The notes under the pieces are model-generated. The model ran no database searches. It had not been told where the DNA came from and worked only from the letters and a program-made list of their open reading frames with translations. From Candidatus Omnitrophota bacterium (lineage in GTDB: Bacteria; Omnitrophota; Gorgyraeia; Gygaellales; Profunditerraquicolaceae), in assembly GCA_043809145.1 (NCBI GenBank), contig JAZDED010000013.1:1-63915 (forward strand): 63,915 nucleotides of DNA. The letters are read 5' to 3'. Position 1 is the stretch's first letter. The number at the start of each line of letters is the position of its first letter. This document shows, piece after piece, positions 37,325 through 45,678 of this stretch. The translations under genes were made by a program, and so were the position numbers.

Positions 37325-38390
37325 AATCTTTGCTTTTTTTCTTTTTTTTATCTTAAATCTGCTTTCTGCTCAATTTCTATTATGTTCTGATGAAGAGCCG
37401 GAATTATTAAATTCTAAGAAGTTAATGCTTACTAATGTAACCGCACTTTTGGAGGTTCCGGTTGCCAAAGGCAAGAGTAACATTTTCTGCGCTGGTTTTA
37501 ATATGGCTTGGGATATTTTGGCGGAGGATGTATTTGACCAGCCTTTTAAGGTTGAAGGTGACCCGGAAATGATGCAACTTCTTAATAATAAGGCGATTTC
37601 CAAAAGAGATATTCCGGATAAAGATTATTTTGTCATTGCCGGTTTAAAAGAAGAGGGGATTGAACGGCGCCTGCTTAAGGGAGAGAGGGATAAGTTTGGC
37701 AATGATATGCCCGTAGATATAAGGCTGGATAACCATAACGATATTGTTGTTTACGCGCATTTCATTAAAGAGCCCAAATTTACTTATGAGTTTGAAAGCC
37801 TGGAAGAGCCAGTAATGTTCAACGGCTTTAGCGCCGTCAGCGCCTTTGGTATTCTGAATTACGATTATGGAGAAGCTTCTCAGAATGTGGGAAAACAGGT
37901 CAGCGTTTTTGACTATCAGGACGATAAGGATTTTATTATTCTTCTTAAGACAAATATAGAAAACGAGCAGCTGATTTTAGCTAAGACTGCTCCGCAAAAA
38001 ACACTTTTGGAAACTGTTAATAATGTGCTTAGCCGAGTGAAAAAAAATCAGCCCAGTGATTTGGTTAAAGGAGACACCCTGCAGATACCCAAGATAGATT
38101 TTAACCTTAGCCATAATTTCGAAGAGCTCTCCGGTAAATATATATCAAATGTCGTGCTCAGGAATCCTTTGATTGCCAAAGCGCTCATGATTGTGCGCTT
38201 CAAATTCAATCAGGAAGGCGGGATGCAAAATTCTGACCTTGGAGTAGGTACTTTGGGAATGAGCACAACCGTAAAACAGAAAAAACTTATCTTTGATAAG
38301 CCATTTCTTGTTATGCTTAAGCTCAGGGATGCCAAATTGCCGTATTTTGCTATGTGGGCGGGAAATTCCGAGCTCTTTAGCAAGGAATAA
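37311..38390 (+). CDS. Exported serpin-like hypothetical protein
   Basis: SD GAAGGGAG; signal peptide; NIFCAGFNMAW; LQIPKIDF; FNQEG...LIFDKPFL...PYFAMW resembles the serpin C-terminal signature. Confidence 0.55.
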   Translation: MMKNKIFAFFLFFILNLLSAQFLLCSDEEPELLNSKKLMLTNVTALLEVPVAKGKSNIFCAGFNMAWDILAEDVFDQPFKVEGDPEMMQLLNNKAISKRDIPDKDYFVIAGLKEEGIERRLLKGERDKFGNDMPVDIRLDNHNDIVVYAHFIKEPKFTYEFESLEEPVMFNGFSAVSAFGILNYDYGEASQNVGKQVSVFDYQDDKDFIILLKTNIENEQLILAKTAPQKTLLETVNNVLSRVKKNQPSDLVKGDTLQIPKIDFNLSHNFEELSGKYISNVVLRNPLIAKALMIVRFKFNQEGGMQNSDLGVGTLGMSTTVKQKKLIFDKPFLVMLKLRDAKLPYFAMWAGNSELFSKE

Positions 38391-38395
38391 ATTAT

Positions 38396-39436
38396 ATGCG
38401 CATAAAAAGTATAGATTGGCAGAATAATAAGATAAAGATAATCGATCAAACCAGATTACCCAAGCGTTTGGAGTATCTGTATGTTAATGATATTAGGATG
38501 CTCTGGAGAGCAATCCGGCAGCTAAAGGTGAGGGGCGCTCCTGCTTTGGGCGCGGCCGCGGCTTTAGGCGTTTATCTGGGAATTCGGGATTTTAAGGGGA
38601 TTGATTTAAATAAATTTTTCCAAACCCTGAAAAAGGTCTCCCGGTATATTGCCAGTTCCCGTCCCACAGCCAGGAATCTTTTTTGGGGCCTGGAGCGGAT
38701 GAATAGGGTTAGCCGGGAAAATAAGCATAAAAGCATAAACCGGATTAAGTTTTTGCTATTAAAAGAGGCCAAAGAAATTATTGAGGAAGATAGATTGCTT
38801 TGCCGTAAGATAGGCTCATACGGCGAGAAACTTATTTCTAGCCGGGATAGTATATTGACTATTTGTAATGCCGGTATTTTGGCTACCGTAGATTACGGAA
38901 CGGCATTAGGGGTGATCTATGCAGCCAGCGCCAGAGGTAAGAAGATCTCGGTTTATTCCTGCGAAACTCGGCCCCTTTTACAGGGGGCGCGGTTGACTAC
39001 CTGGGAATTAAAGAGGCAAGGTATAGACGTGACTTTGATCTGCGATAGTATGGCCGCCGTTCTTATGCAGCAAGGAAAGATCGACAAGGTTATTGTAGGG
39101 GCAGATAGGATTGCGGCAAACGGTGATACTGCCAATAAGATCGGTACTTATGCCTTGGCAGTTTTATGCCGCCAGCACAATATTCCTTTTTATGTGGCGG
39201 CTCCCTATTCTACCTTTGACTTGAGTATTAAGAGCGGCAAAGAGATTAATATAGAGCAGAGGCCTGCCGAAGAGATAACTACACTTTTTTTCAAATATCC
39301 TATGGCTGCCGGGAATATTAAGGTTTTTAATCCTGCTTTTGATATGACTCCGTCTAAATATATCACAGCTTTTATTACCGATAAGGGGGTTATCAGATAT
39401 CCATTTAAAATGAATATAAAGAGAATAATGGTCTAG
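38396..39436 (+). CDS. mtnA: Methylthioribose-1-phosphate isomerase
   Basis: IDQTRLP, VRGAPALG, SRPTARNL, CETRPLLQGARLT, ANKIGTY, NPAFD. Confidence 0.94.
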   Translation: MRIKSIDWQNNKIKIIDQTRLPKRLEYLYVNDIRMLWRAIRQLKVRGAPALGAAAALGVYLGIRDFKGIDLNKFFQTLKKVSRYIASSRPTARNLFWGLERMNRVSRENKHKSINRIKFLLLKEAKEIIEEDRLLCRKIGSYGEKLISSRDSILTICNAGILATVDYGTALGVIYAASARGKKISVYSCETRPLLQGARLTTWELKRQGIDVTLICDSMAAVLMQQGKIDKVIVGADRIAANGDTANKIGTYALAVLCRQHNIPFYVAAPYSTFDLSIKSGKEINIEQRPAEEITTLFFKYPMAAGNIKVFNPAFDMTPSKYITAFITDKGVIRYPFKMNIKRIMV

Positions 39437-39459
39437 CGAAAAATTTATAGTTTAAGATT

Positions 39460-40353
39460 ATGTTAATAAAAGATATTGGCGAGTTTGGTTTAATCGATAG
39501 AATAAGAAAGATTTCTAAAACCGGACCTTCTGTGATTAAAGGTATTGGCGATGATTGCGCCGTAGTAAAATACACCCCTGGAAAATATTTATTATTGACT
39601 AGCGATATGCTCATTTGTGATGTGGACTTTACCTCTACAGAGAAGCCCTATCTAGTCGGAAGAAAAGCTTTGGCCGTTTCCTTGAGTGATATAGCCGCCT
39701 GCGCAGGAGTCCCGTTATATGCATTGGTTTCTTTGGGGGTTCCAGCGCGGACCAAGATTAAATATATCGATGAATTTTATAGAGGAATGAATACCCTGGC
39801 TAAAAAATATAAGGTAAGTATTATCGGCGGGGATTTAAGCCGTTCTCGAAAAATCACAGTGGATGTAAGCGTAGCCGCAGAAGTGGATAAGGAAAAACTT
39901 GTTTTAAGAAATGGCGCCCGCAGGGACGACATTATCATGGTCAGCGGCAGGTTAGGCGGCTCAATAAAAGGCAAGCACCTTAAGTTTACCCCCCGCGTAA
40001 AGGAAGCCATTTTTCTAACAAAAAATTTCCGGATTAACTCTATGATTGATATTTCCGACGGACTAACGCAGGATTTAGGTCATATCCTAAAAGAAAGTTC
40101 TCACGGAGCAATTATATACGAGGATCTCATACCGCTTAGTAAATCTGCCCGAAGTTTAAACGATGCCTTGAATTCTGGCGAGGACTTCGAACTACTTTTT
40201 ACTCTATCTATTCCTCAAGCCAGGAAATTATTATCCAGCTCGCGCAAATTTATTCCTATTGGCCATATCATTGATAAGCGTTTTGGGTTGGTTTTGTTAG
40301 GTAAAAACGGCCGCGCCGTGAAAATAAAGCCGCGGGGATTCAAACATTTCTAA
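39460..40353 (+). CDS. thiL: Thiamine-monophosphate kinase
   Basis: GEFGLI, GIGDDCA, SLSDIAA, GGD, MIDISDGL, GEDFELLF. Confidence 0.94.
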   Translation: MLIKDIGEFGLIDRIRKISKTGPSVIKGIGDDCAVVKYTPGKYLLLTSDMLICDVDFTSTEKPYLVGRKALAVSLSDIAACAGVPLYALVSLGVPARTKIKYIDEFYRGMNTLAKKYKVSIIGGDLSRSRKITVDVSVAAEVDKEKLVLRNGARRDDIIMVSGRLGGSIKGKHLKFTPRVKEAIFLTKNFRINSMIDISDGLTQDLGHILKESSHGAIIYEDLIPLSKSARSLNDALNSGEDFELLFTLSIPQARKLLSSSRKFIPIGHIIDKRFGLVLLGKNGRAVKIKPRGFKHF

Positions 40354-40355
40354 AA

Positions 40356-40823
40356 ATGAATTTAAATTCCTTTTCCTTAAAAGAAACCCTTCGTATCGGC
40401 AAAAAAATAGCCGAGTTTGCGCGTAAAGGAGATGTGTTTTGTTTGAGCGGAGAGTTGGGAGCGGGAAAAACTCTATTGGCTAAAGGGATAGCCTGGGGAT
40501 TGGGAATAAATAAGGACGCAGTGATTAGCCCGACCTTTGTTATCTTGAGGCAGTATTCAGGCAGATTGCCGTTGTACCATTTTGACCTCTATCGGTTGAA
40601 TAATCCGGGTGAAATACTGGATCTAGGATATGAAGAATTTTTTTTTGGGGATGGCTTAACAATTGTTGAATGGCCGGATAGGTTAAAATGGCTGCTTCCC
40701 GAAGACTGCCTCAACATCAGGCTATCTATTCGCGGAGAAAATAAAAGAGCGTTTTCCATTCAGGCTAAGGGAAAGCGTTCAAAGTTACTATTGAGGTCTT
40801 TACATGAGAATCTTGGCAATTGA
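40356..40823 (+). CDS. tsaE: tRNA threonylcarbamoyladenosine biosynthesis ATPase
   Basis: GELGAGKT, SPTF, HFDLYRL, VEW. Confidence 0.94.
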   Translation: MNLNSFSLKETLRIGKKIAEFARKGDVFCLSGELGAGKTLLAKGIAWGLGINKDAVISPTFVILRQYSGRLPLYHFDLYRLNNPGEILDLGYEEFFFGDGLTIVEWPDRLKWLLPEDCLNIRLSIRGENKRAFSIQAKGKRSKLLLRSLHENLGN

Positions 40824-41493
40824 TACTTCCACAAAATCTTTTTGCTTGGGATTTTATGATGATGACAGGTTTTATGCTTATACGCTAGAGTTAAAGAGCA
40901 GGCTCTCTTCCTTGATTACTCCTAGTATACAAAGAGTAATTATGGCTGTGGGATTAGAAATAAGCGATATTGATTTTTTTTGTTGCGGCCTTGGCCCGGG
41001 TTCTTTTACGGGACTGCGTATCGGGCTGGCGACTATAAAAGGCTTGTGCTGGTCAATAAAAAAGCCGGTTATCGGAATATCGAGCTTGGAGATAATAGCG
41101 CTTAATGCGTCTAAAAAGGAAGGTTATATCGTTGTTCTGCTTGATGCCAAAAGAGGACTGGTTTATTGCGGTATTTATAAATCCAAAAACGGATTATTGA
41201 CCAGGGTTATGCAAGAGAGCTTGCTCAAGCCACAGGATCTATTTAGGAAAATTAATAGTGTAGCTAAAGACAATAGGGTTAGTTTTCTGGGTGATGCCGT
41301 AGAATTGTATAGAAAGGATATATTCTTAAATGTCCCTGCAGCAGAACTCCTGGATAGCGGGTACTGGTATCCTCAACCTCAGATTATGCTGGAGGCGGCT
41401 TTAAAGCAAATCAAAAAAAAGAAATTTTCGGATATACATAAAATACAGCCGCTTTATCTATATCCGGCGCATTGCCAGGTTAGAAAAAATTAA
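40804..41493 (+). CDS. tsaB: tRNA threonylcarbamoyladenosine biosynthesis protein
   Basis: ILAIDTS, GPGSFTGLRIG, DAKRG, PLY. Confidence 0.93.
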   Translation: MRILAIDTSTKSFCLGFYDDDRFYAYTLELKSRLSSLITPSIQRVIMAVGLEISDIDFFCCGLGPGSFTGLRIGLATIKGLCWSIKKPVIGISSLEIIALNASKKEGYIVVLLDAKRGLVYCGIYKSKNGLLTRVMQESLLKPQDLFRKINSVAKDNRVSFLGDAVELYRKDIFLNVPAAELLDSGYWYPQPQIMLEAALKQIKKKKFSDIHKIQPLYLYPAHCQVRKN

Positions 41494-41517
41494 TTACCGA
41501 TATGAGAGTTATTAAAT

Positions 41518-42624
41518 ATGCGATACTATAGGCCAACTTGGGCTGAAGTAAATCTTGGGAGCCTGATCTATAACTACCATCAGATCAAAGGATTAGTTTC
41601 AGCTAAGACTAAAATTATGGCTTGCGTTAAGGCTGACGCCTACGGCCACGGGATTATACGGGTGAGCCAAACCCTTGTTTCCTGCGGTGTAGATTTTTTA
41701 GGCGTGGCTTCTATTGAAGAAGGAATAACTTTAAGGGATGCGGGAATAAAGGTTCCGGTGTTAATCCTGGGGCAGGTGCTTAAGCAAGACGTAGCGCCTT
41801 TATTCCGCCACAAGCTTACCCCTACGGTATGCAGCCATGATTTAGCTGTAGTTTTGGATAAATTAGCTGCCTTAAAGAATCAAAAGATCATGATTCATAT
41901 TAAAGTAGATACCGGAATGGGGAGATTGGGGGTCTTAGGTAAGGATGCGCCGTTATTCATAAAGAAAATAAGCAGGTTAAAGCATCTGTTTATAGAGGGG
42001 GTATTTACTCATTTTCCTTCTTCCGATATTGATGAGCCTTTTACCTTGCGGCAAATAAAGGAATTTAAGTCTTTACTTACCGGGCTTAAAGAAGAGGGGA
42101 TTGCTATACCTCTAGCGCATGCGGCAAACAGCATGGCGATTATTGGTTACCCCCAGAGCCATTTTAACATGGTTAGGCCGGGTTTATCGCTTTATGGGCT
42201 TTATCCCCGGAAGAATCTGAATATTAAATTAAGGCCGGTTCTATCCTTAAAAACAAAAATTGTTTATCTAAAAAAAGTACCTTCTGGCTACGGTATAAGT
42301 TATGGCCGGACTTATAAAACCAAAAGCTCGACTCAAATTGCCACCTTGCCTATTGGTTATGGCGATGGGTACCCCAGGAATCTTTCGAATAAGTCCCGGG
42401 TATTAATACGCGGAGAAGTTTTTAGTATAAGCGGCAGGGTTTGTATGGATCAGGTTATGGTGGATATAGGAAACTTCCGGGCCAGGGTTGGAGATGAAGT
42501 AGCGCTTATCGGCAGGCAGGGGCAGGAAATTATTAGTGTTGAAGAATTAGCAGGGTTATCTAATACAATACCCTATGAGATTGTTTGCGGCCTGGGGAGT
42601 AGAATACCGCGGGTTTATACTTAA
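41518..42624 (+). CDS. alr: Alanine racemase
   Basis: VKADAYGHG, KVDTGMGRLG, VRPG, GYGDG, GRVCMDQ, TIPYE. Confidence 0.96.
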   Translation: MRYYRPTWAEVNLGSLIYNYHQIKGLVSAKTKIMACVKADAYGHGIIRVSQTLVSCGVDFLGVASIEEGITLRDAGIKVPVLILGQVLKQDVAPLFRHKLTPTVCSHDLAVVLDKLAALKNQKIMIHIKVDTGMGRLGVLGKDAPLFIKKISRLKHLFIEGVFTHFPSSDIDEPFTLRQIKEFKSLLTGLKEEGIAIPLAHAANSMAIIGYPQSHFNMVRPGLSLYGLYPRKNLNIKLRPVLSLKTKIVYLKKVPSGYGISYGRTYKTKSSTQIATLPIGYGDGYPRNLSNKSRVLIRGEVFSISGRVCMDQVMVDIGNFRARVGDEVALIGRQGQEIISVEELAGLSNTIPYEIVCGLGSRIPRVYT

Positions 42625-42628
42625 CTTA

Positions 42629-43723
42629 TTAAGGCAGGCGGCTGATAAAATATAAACTTAAGGTTAAAGCAACGATATGCGGCAGCGATATGGCCAGGAT
42701 AGGGATAAGTATTCCGGCAGTACCCATGGCTACGCTCACGGCATTAAAGACATAGTACAAGAAGCCCACCATTAGCGAAATCCCGAATGAAGCAATTCCC
42801 GTAGCGCGTTTTCTTAATTTTAGAGCAAAAGGTATTCCTAGGAGGACTATTATTACGCTGGTTAATGGCTCGCTGTATTTACGATAAAGGTCGACTTTTA
42901 GGTTGCGGATTACTGTAGTAGCTCCGCTTCGAGAAAGCTTATATATATATTTATTCAGTTCTGATATAGTCATGTGTTCCGGTCTTTCCCGTTGAGCCAG
43001 GAAATCCCGCGGGGTTTCCAGTATAGTGACTATATCCTCCTCCCTGTATTCAGGCTCGCTAGCTACCTGGCCGTTCTTATCGAAGTTGTAGGTAATGGAA
43101 TTATAAAGCTTCCACATCCCTTCCGCATAAGCCCCTTTTGTGGCTACGATTTTCTTGGTAATGTTTTGTTTTTGATCATGCTCCAGGATAGTAATTCCTT
43201 CCATGGTATTATCTTTAGGATAAAATTTGGTCACGAAATAGAGCCGGTTTCCTGCGCCGTACATGGATAAATTATCAATAATTTCATCTTTTTTTGTGTC
43301 TGTGGCGCTGCCTTCAAAACTATTTTTTATCTTTTGGGTAAAGACAAGGTTTCTGGGGACTAGTTTGTCATTTACCAAAAAGACCAGGAGGCTTACGAGT
43401 ACTCCAAACATAATCGCGGTCTGGGTTATTTGCGCTATGCTTAATCCGCTAGAGCGCATAGCTAGTATTTCGTTATCGCGGTTAAGTTTGGCAAAGGTGT
43501 ATAAGGTAGCCAGAAGGCAGGCCAGGGGTGAGGTTTGGACAAAGATAATCGGCAGATAAGAGAAATAATACTGTTTGAGTATGTTAAGGCTGATATGGTG
43601 TTCCAATATCTGCTCTAGGTTCGTAAGTATATCGCCGACTATATAAAGAAAGAAAATAATAAAGAGCCAGCCCAGGAAGATGTTGATTACTGATTTTATG
43701 ATATAGCGGTCTAATATACGCAT
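42629..43723 (-). CDS. lptG: LPS export ABC permease LptG-like
   Basis: MRILDRYI, DNEILAMRSSG, 6-TM YjgP/Q layout; downstream of the lptF-like gene. Confidence 0.8.
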   Translation of the reverse strand: MRILDRYIIKSVINIFLGWLFIIFFLYIVGDILTNLEQILEHHISLNILKQYYFSYLPIIFVQTSPLACLLATLYTFAKLNRDNEILAMRSSGLSIAQITQTAIMFGVLVSLLVFLVNDKLVPRNLVFTQKIKNSFEGSATDTKKDEIIDNLSMYGAGNRLYFVTKFYPKDNTMEGITILEHDQKQNITKKIVATKGAYAEGMWKLYNSITYNFDKNGQVASEPEYREEDIVTILETPRDFLAQRERPEHMTISELNKYIYKLSRSGATTVIRNLKVDLYRKYSEPLTSVIIVLLGIPFALKLRKRATGIASFGISLMVGFLYYVFNAVSVAMGTAGILIPILAISLPHIVALTLSLYFISRLP

Positions 43724-44805
43724 ATCCTGAAGGTTAAGAATAGGCCTAGAATCCCTAAGATAATATTTGGCAGCCAGGGCGCAAGCGATGGATTAAGATA
43801 GCCCTGTAAACCTAAGGCCTCGAAGCCGATTAAGAGGAGGTAGTAGGTGCCTACGATAAGAAAAGCTATTCCCATGTTAATGGATTTTTCCCTGCGCCGG
43901 GTGATTATTGCCATAGGTATTCCTAGGAGCATAAAAAGAAAGCAGGAAAAGGCCAGGGCTATCTTTTGATGGATTTCAGCGATAAGCGGAGCAGGGTCAA
44001 TAGCCTCTTTTTTTAGTTTAGTAATTTCAGATGTTAGTTCGGCGATGTTCATATCCCGGGGTTTTTTATCGATTTTATCCTTATCTCGCATTTGGGCCAG
44101 GTTCAGGGTGAGAAAGTAGGTCTTGAAATTAAGTTTGTAGAAAATATTGGGGTTATTAGGGTCTGGTTCGTCAGCCGTACCGTCAATCAGTTTTAATTTA
44201 ATTATATTTTTTTCCTGCGGGATAAATTCTCCTCTTTTGGCAACAATGACACGCGTAGGTTTGTCATCACCCTGGGGTTCGTAGATACGCACATTGATAA
44301 GTTTGTTCTGTTCTATGGAATAGATAAAAAGGATGTAACGCTCAAATGAATTAATAAAGACTCCTGGCTCCAGAGCAGCTGCAGGATTTTTTACTCCTAC
44401 TTCGAAAAGAGTTTTTCTAGTAGCAAAGTGGGCGTAAGGTATGACCCGGTCATTAAATAAGACCAGTATCAGGCTTAAAATAATTCCGAGGATCAAAAGT
44501 GGAATGATGAGTTTAGTAATATTGATACCCGAGGCCTTGATAGTCGTTATCTCGTTATCGCTGGATAGCCTACCTAAAGAAAGAAGCACTGCTAAGAGCA
44601 CCGCGGTAGGCAGCGTATAGGTTAAGAGGCTGGGAATCATAAGGAGGAATAATTTTCCGACAGTAAGGATATCCACTCCTTTATCAATAACCAATTCTGC
44701 TATTTTTACCAGGTTTCCCAGGATCATAGCAAAGGTCAAGACACAAAGGGCTAGAAATAAAGGGCCTAAGAATTCTTTAAGAAAATATTCTCTGAGTATC
44801 TTCAT
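43711..44805 (-). CDS. lptF: LPS export ABC permease LptF-like
   Basis: LGRLSSDNEIT..KASG, PGVF, WLPNI. Confidence 0.8.
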   Translation of the reverse strand: MKILREYFLKEFLGPLFLALCVLTFAMILGNLVKIAELVIDKGVDILTVGKLFLLMIPSLLTYTLPTAVLLAVLLSLGRLSSDNEITTIKASGINITKLIIPLLILGIILSLILVLFNDRVIPYAHFATRKTLFEVGVKNPAAALEPGVFINSFERYILFIYSIEQNKLINVRIYEPQGDDKPTRVIVAKRGEFIPQEKNIIKLKLIDGTADEPDPNNPNIFYKLNFKTYFLTLNLAQMRDKDKIDKKPRDMNIAELTSEITKLKKEAIDPAPLIAEIHQKIALAFSCFLFMLLGIPMAIITRRREKSINMGIAFLIVGTYYLLLIGFEALGLQGYLNPSLAPWLPNIILGILGLFLTFRICVY

Positions 44806-44824
44806 TGTAGATTTATGTGCTCGC

Positions 44825-45553
44825 TTAGTTGGCCAGGGTCAATACCAAAACCTGTTTAGCTTGGCCCTGTGATTTGAGTAACAGGGCTGCTTCTGATAAG
44901 GTGGCGCCTGTGGTTAAAACATCGTCGATAATAAGAATATTTTTACCTTTGGCTATCTCGCTATTCTTTAAAGTAAAACAACCTTTAATATTTGTAAAAC
45001 GTTTTAGATCATCTAACTCTGTCTGGGAGCGAGTATGGCGGTTACGTACAAGGATATCTTTGACTACTGTCTTTGAGAATCTCGCGCCTATATAATTACC
45101 GAGAATTTCTGCCTGGTTGAATTCCCGTTCCCGCCTGCGCGTAGCGGATAAGGGAATAGGTATAATAAAATCTACCGTGTTTATCGGAAGCTCGTATTCA
45201 TTGACAAAGTTAACTATTATTCCGCAAAGATATTCCGCCAGATGCTTTTTACCGCTGTATTTAAACTGATGGATTAGTTCCTTGATTACCCCTTCGTAGA
45301 TACAGGGAGCAAAGGCCCGGTCAAAATTAAGTTTTTTCTTGCTGCAAAGGCGGCAGATTTTATTATTAATACCTTTTTTACCCAGGTTCCTGCCGCAGTG
45401 AAAACAAAAGGGGGGAAGATTAAACTTGATTTTATCCCGGCATCCTGAGCAGAGTATCTGTTTTTGCTGCTCTTGCGGTAATCTTTTTCTGCAAGCCAGG
45501 CAGATTGCCGGATAAAGTAAATCCAGGAATCCCTTAATAAGCCCTTTAAACAT
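44825..45553 (-). CDS. comF: ComF family protein (double zinc ribbon + PRTase)
   Basis: Likely start MFKGL at 45553; CLAC/CSGC/CFHC/CRLC; RREREFNQA; ILIIDDVLTTGAT. Confidence 0.9.
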   Translation of the reverse strand: MFKGLIKGFLDLLYPAICLACRKRLPQEQQKQILCSGCRDKIKFNLPPFCFHCGRNLGKKGINNKICRLCSKKKLNFDRAFAPCIYEGVIKELIHQFKYSGKKHLAEYLCGIIVNFVNEYELPINTVDFIIPIPLSATRRREREFNQAEILGNYIGARFSKTVVKDILVRNRHTRSQTELDDLKRFTNIKGCFTLKNSEIAKGKNILIIDDVLTTGATLSEAALLLKSQGQAKQVLVLTLAN

Positions 45554-45560
45554 CCACCAT

Positions 45561-45589
45561 ATAATAACAATTAAATAGATAATTGTCAA
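45561..45589 (-). promoter_or_regulatory. Sigma70 promoter of comF-lptF-lptG
   Basis: Minus strand TTGACA-17 nt-TATTAT with TGn; 7 nt separate the -10 from the ATG. Confidence 0.7.
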
Positions 45590-45614
45590 AAGAATTGACG
45601 GATATGGATACTTC

Positions 45615-45642
45615 TTGTAGTAAAAAGAGGCTATGCTATAAT
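45615..45642 (+). promoter_or_regulatory. Divergent promoter for the histidine kinase/receiver operon
   Basis: TTGTAG-16 nt-TATAAT with TGn extension. Confidence 0.55.
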
Positions 45643-45678
45643 ACAGTAAAAAAACAGACTGAGAAAAGGTTGCTGGAA

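Noticed and set aside
45583-45678. Upstream extension of the histidine kinase ORF
   Set aside because: It overlaps the promoter region and the comF promoter; ATG 45679 is more plausible.
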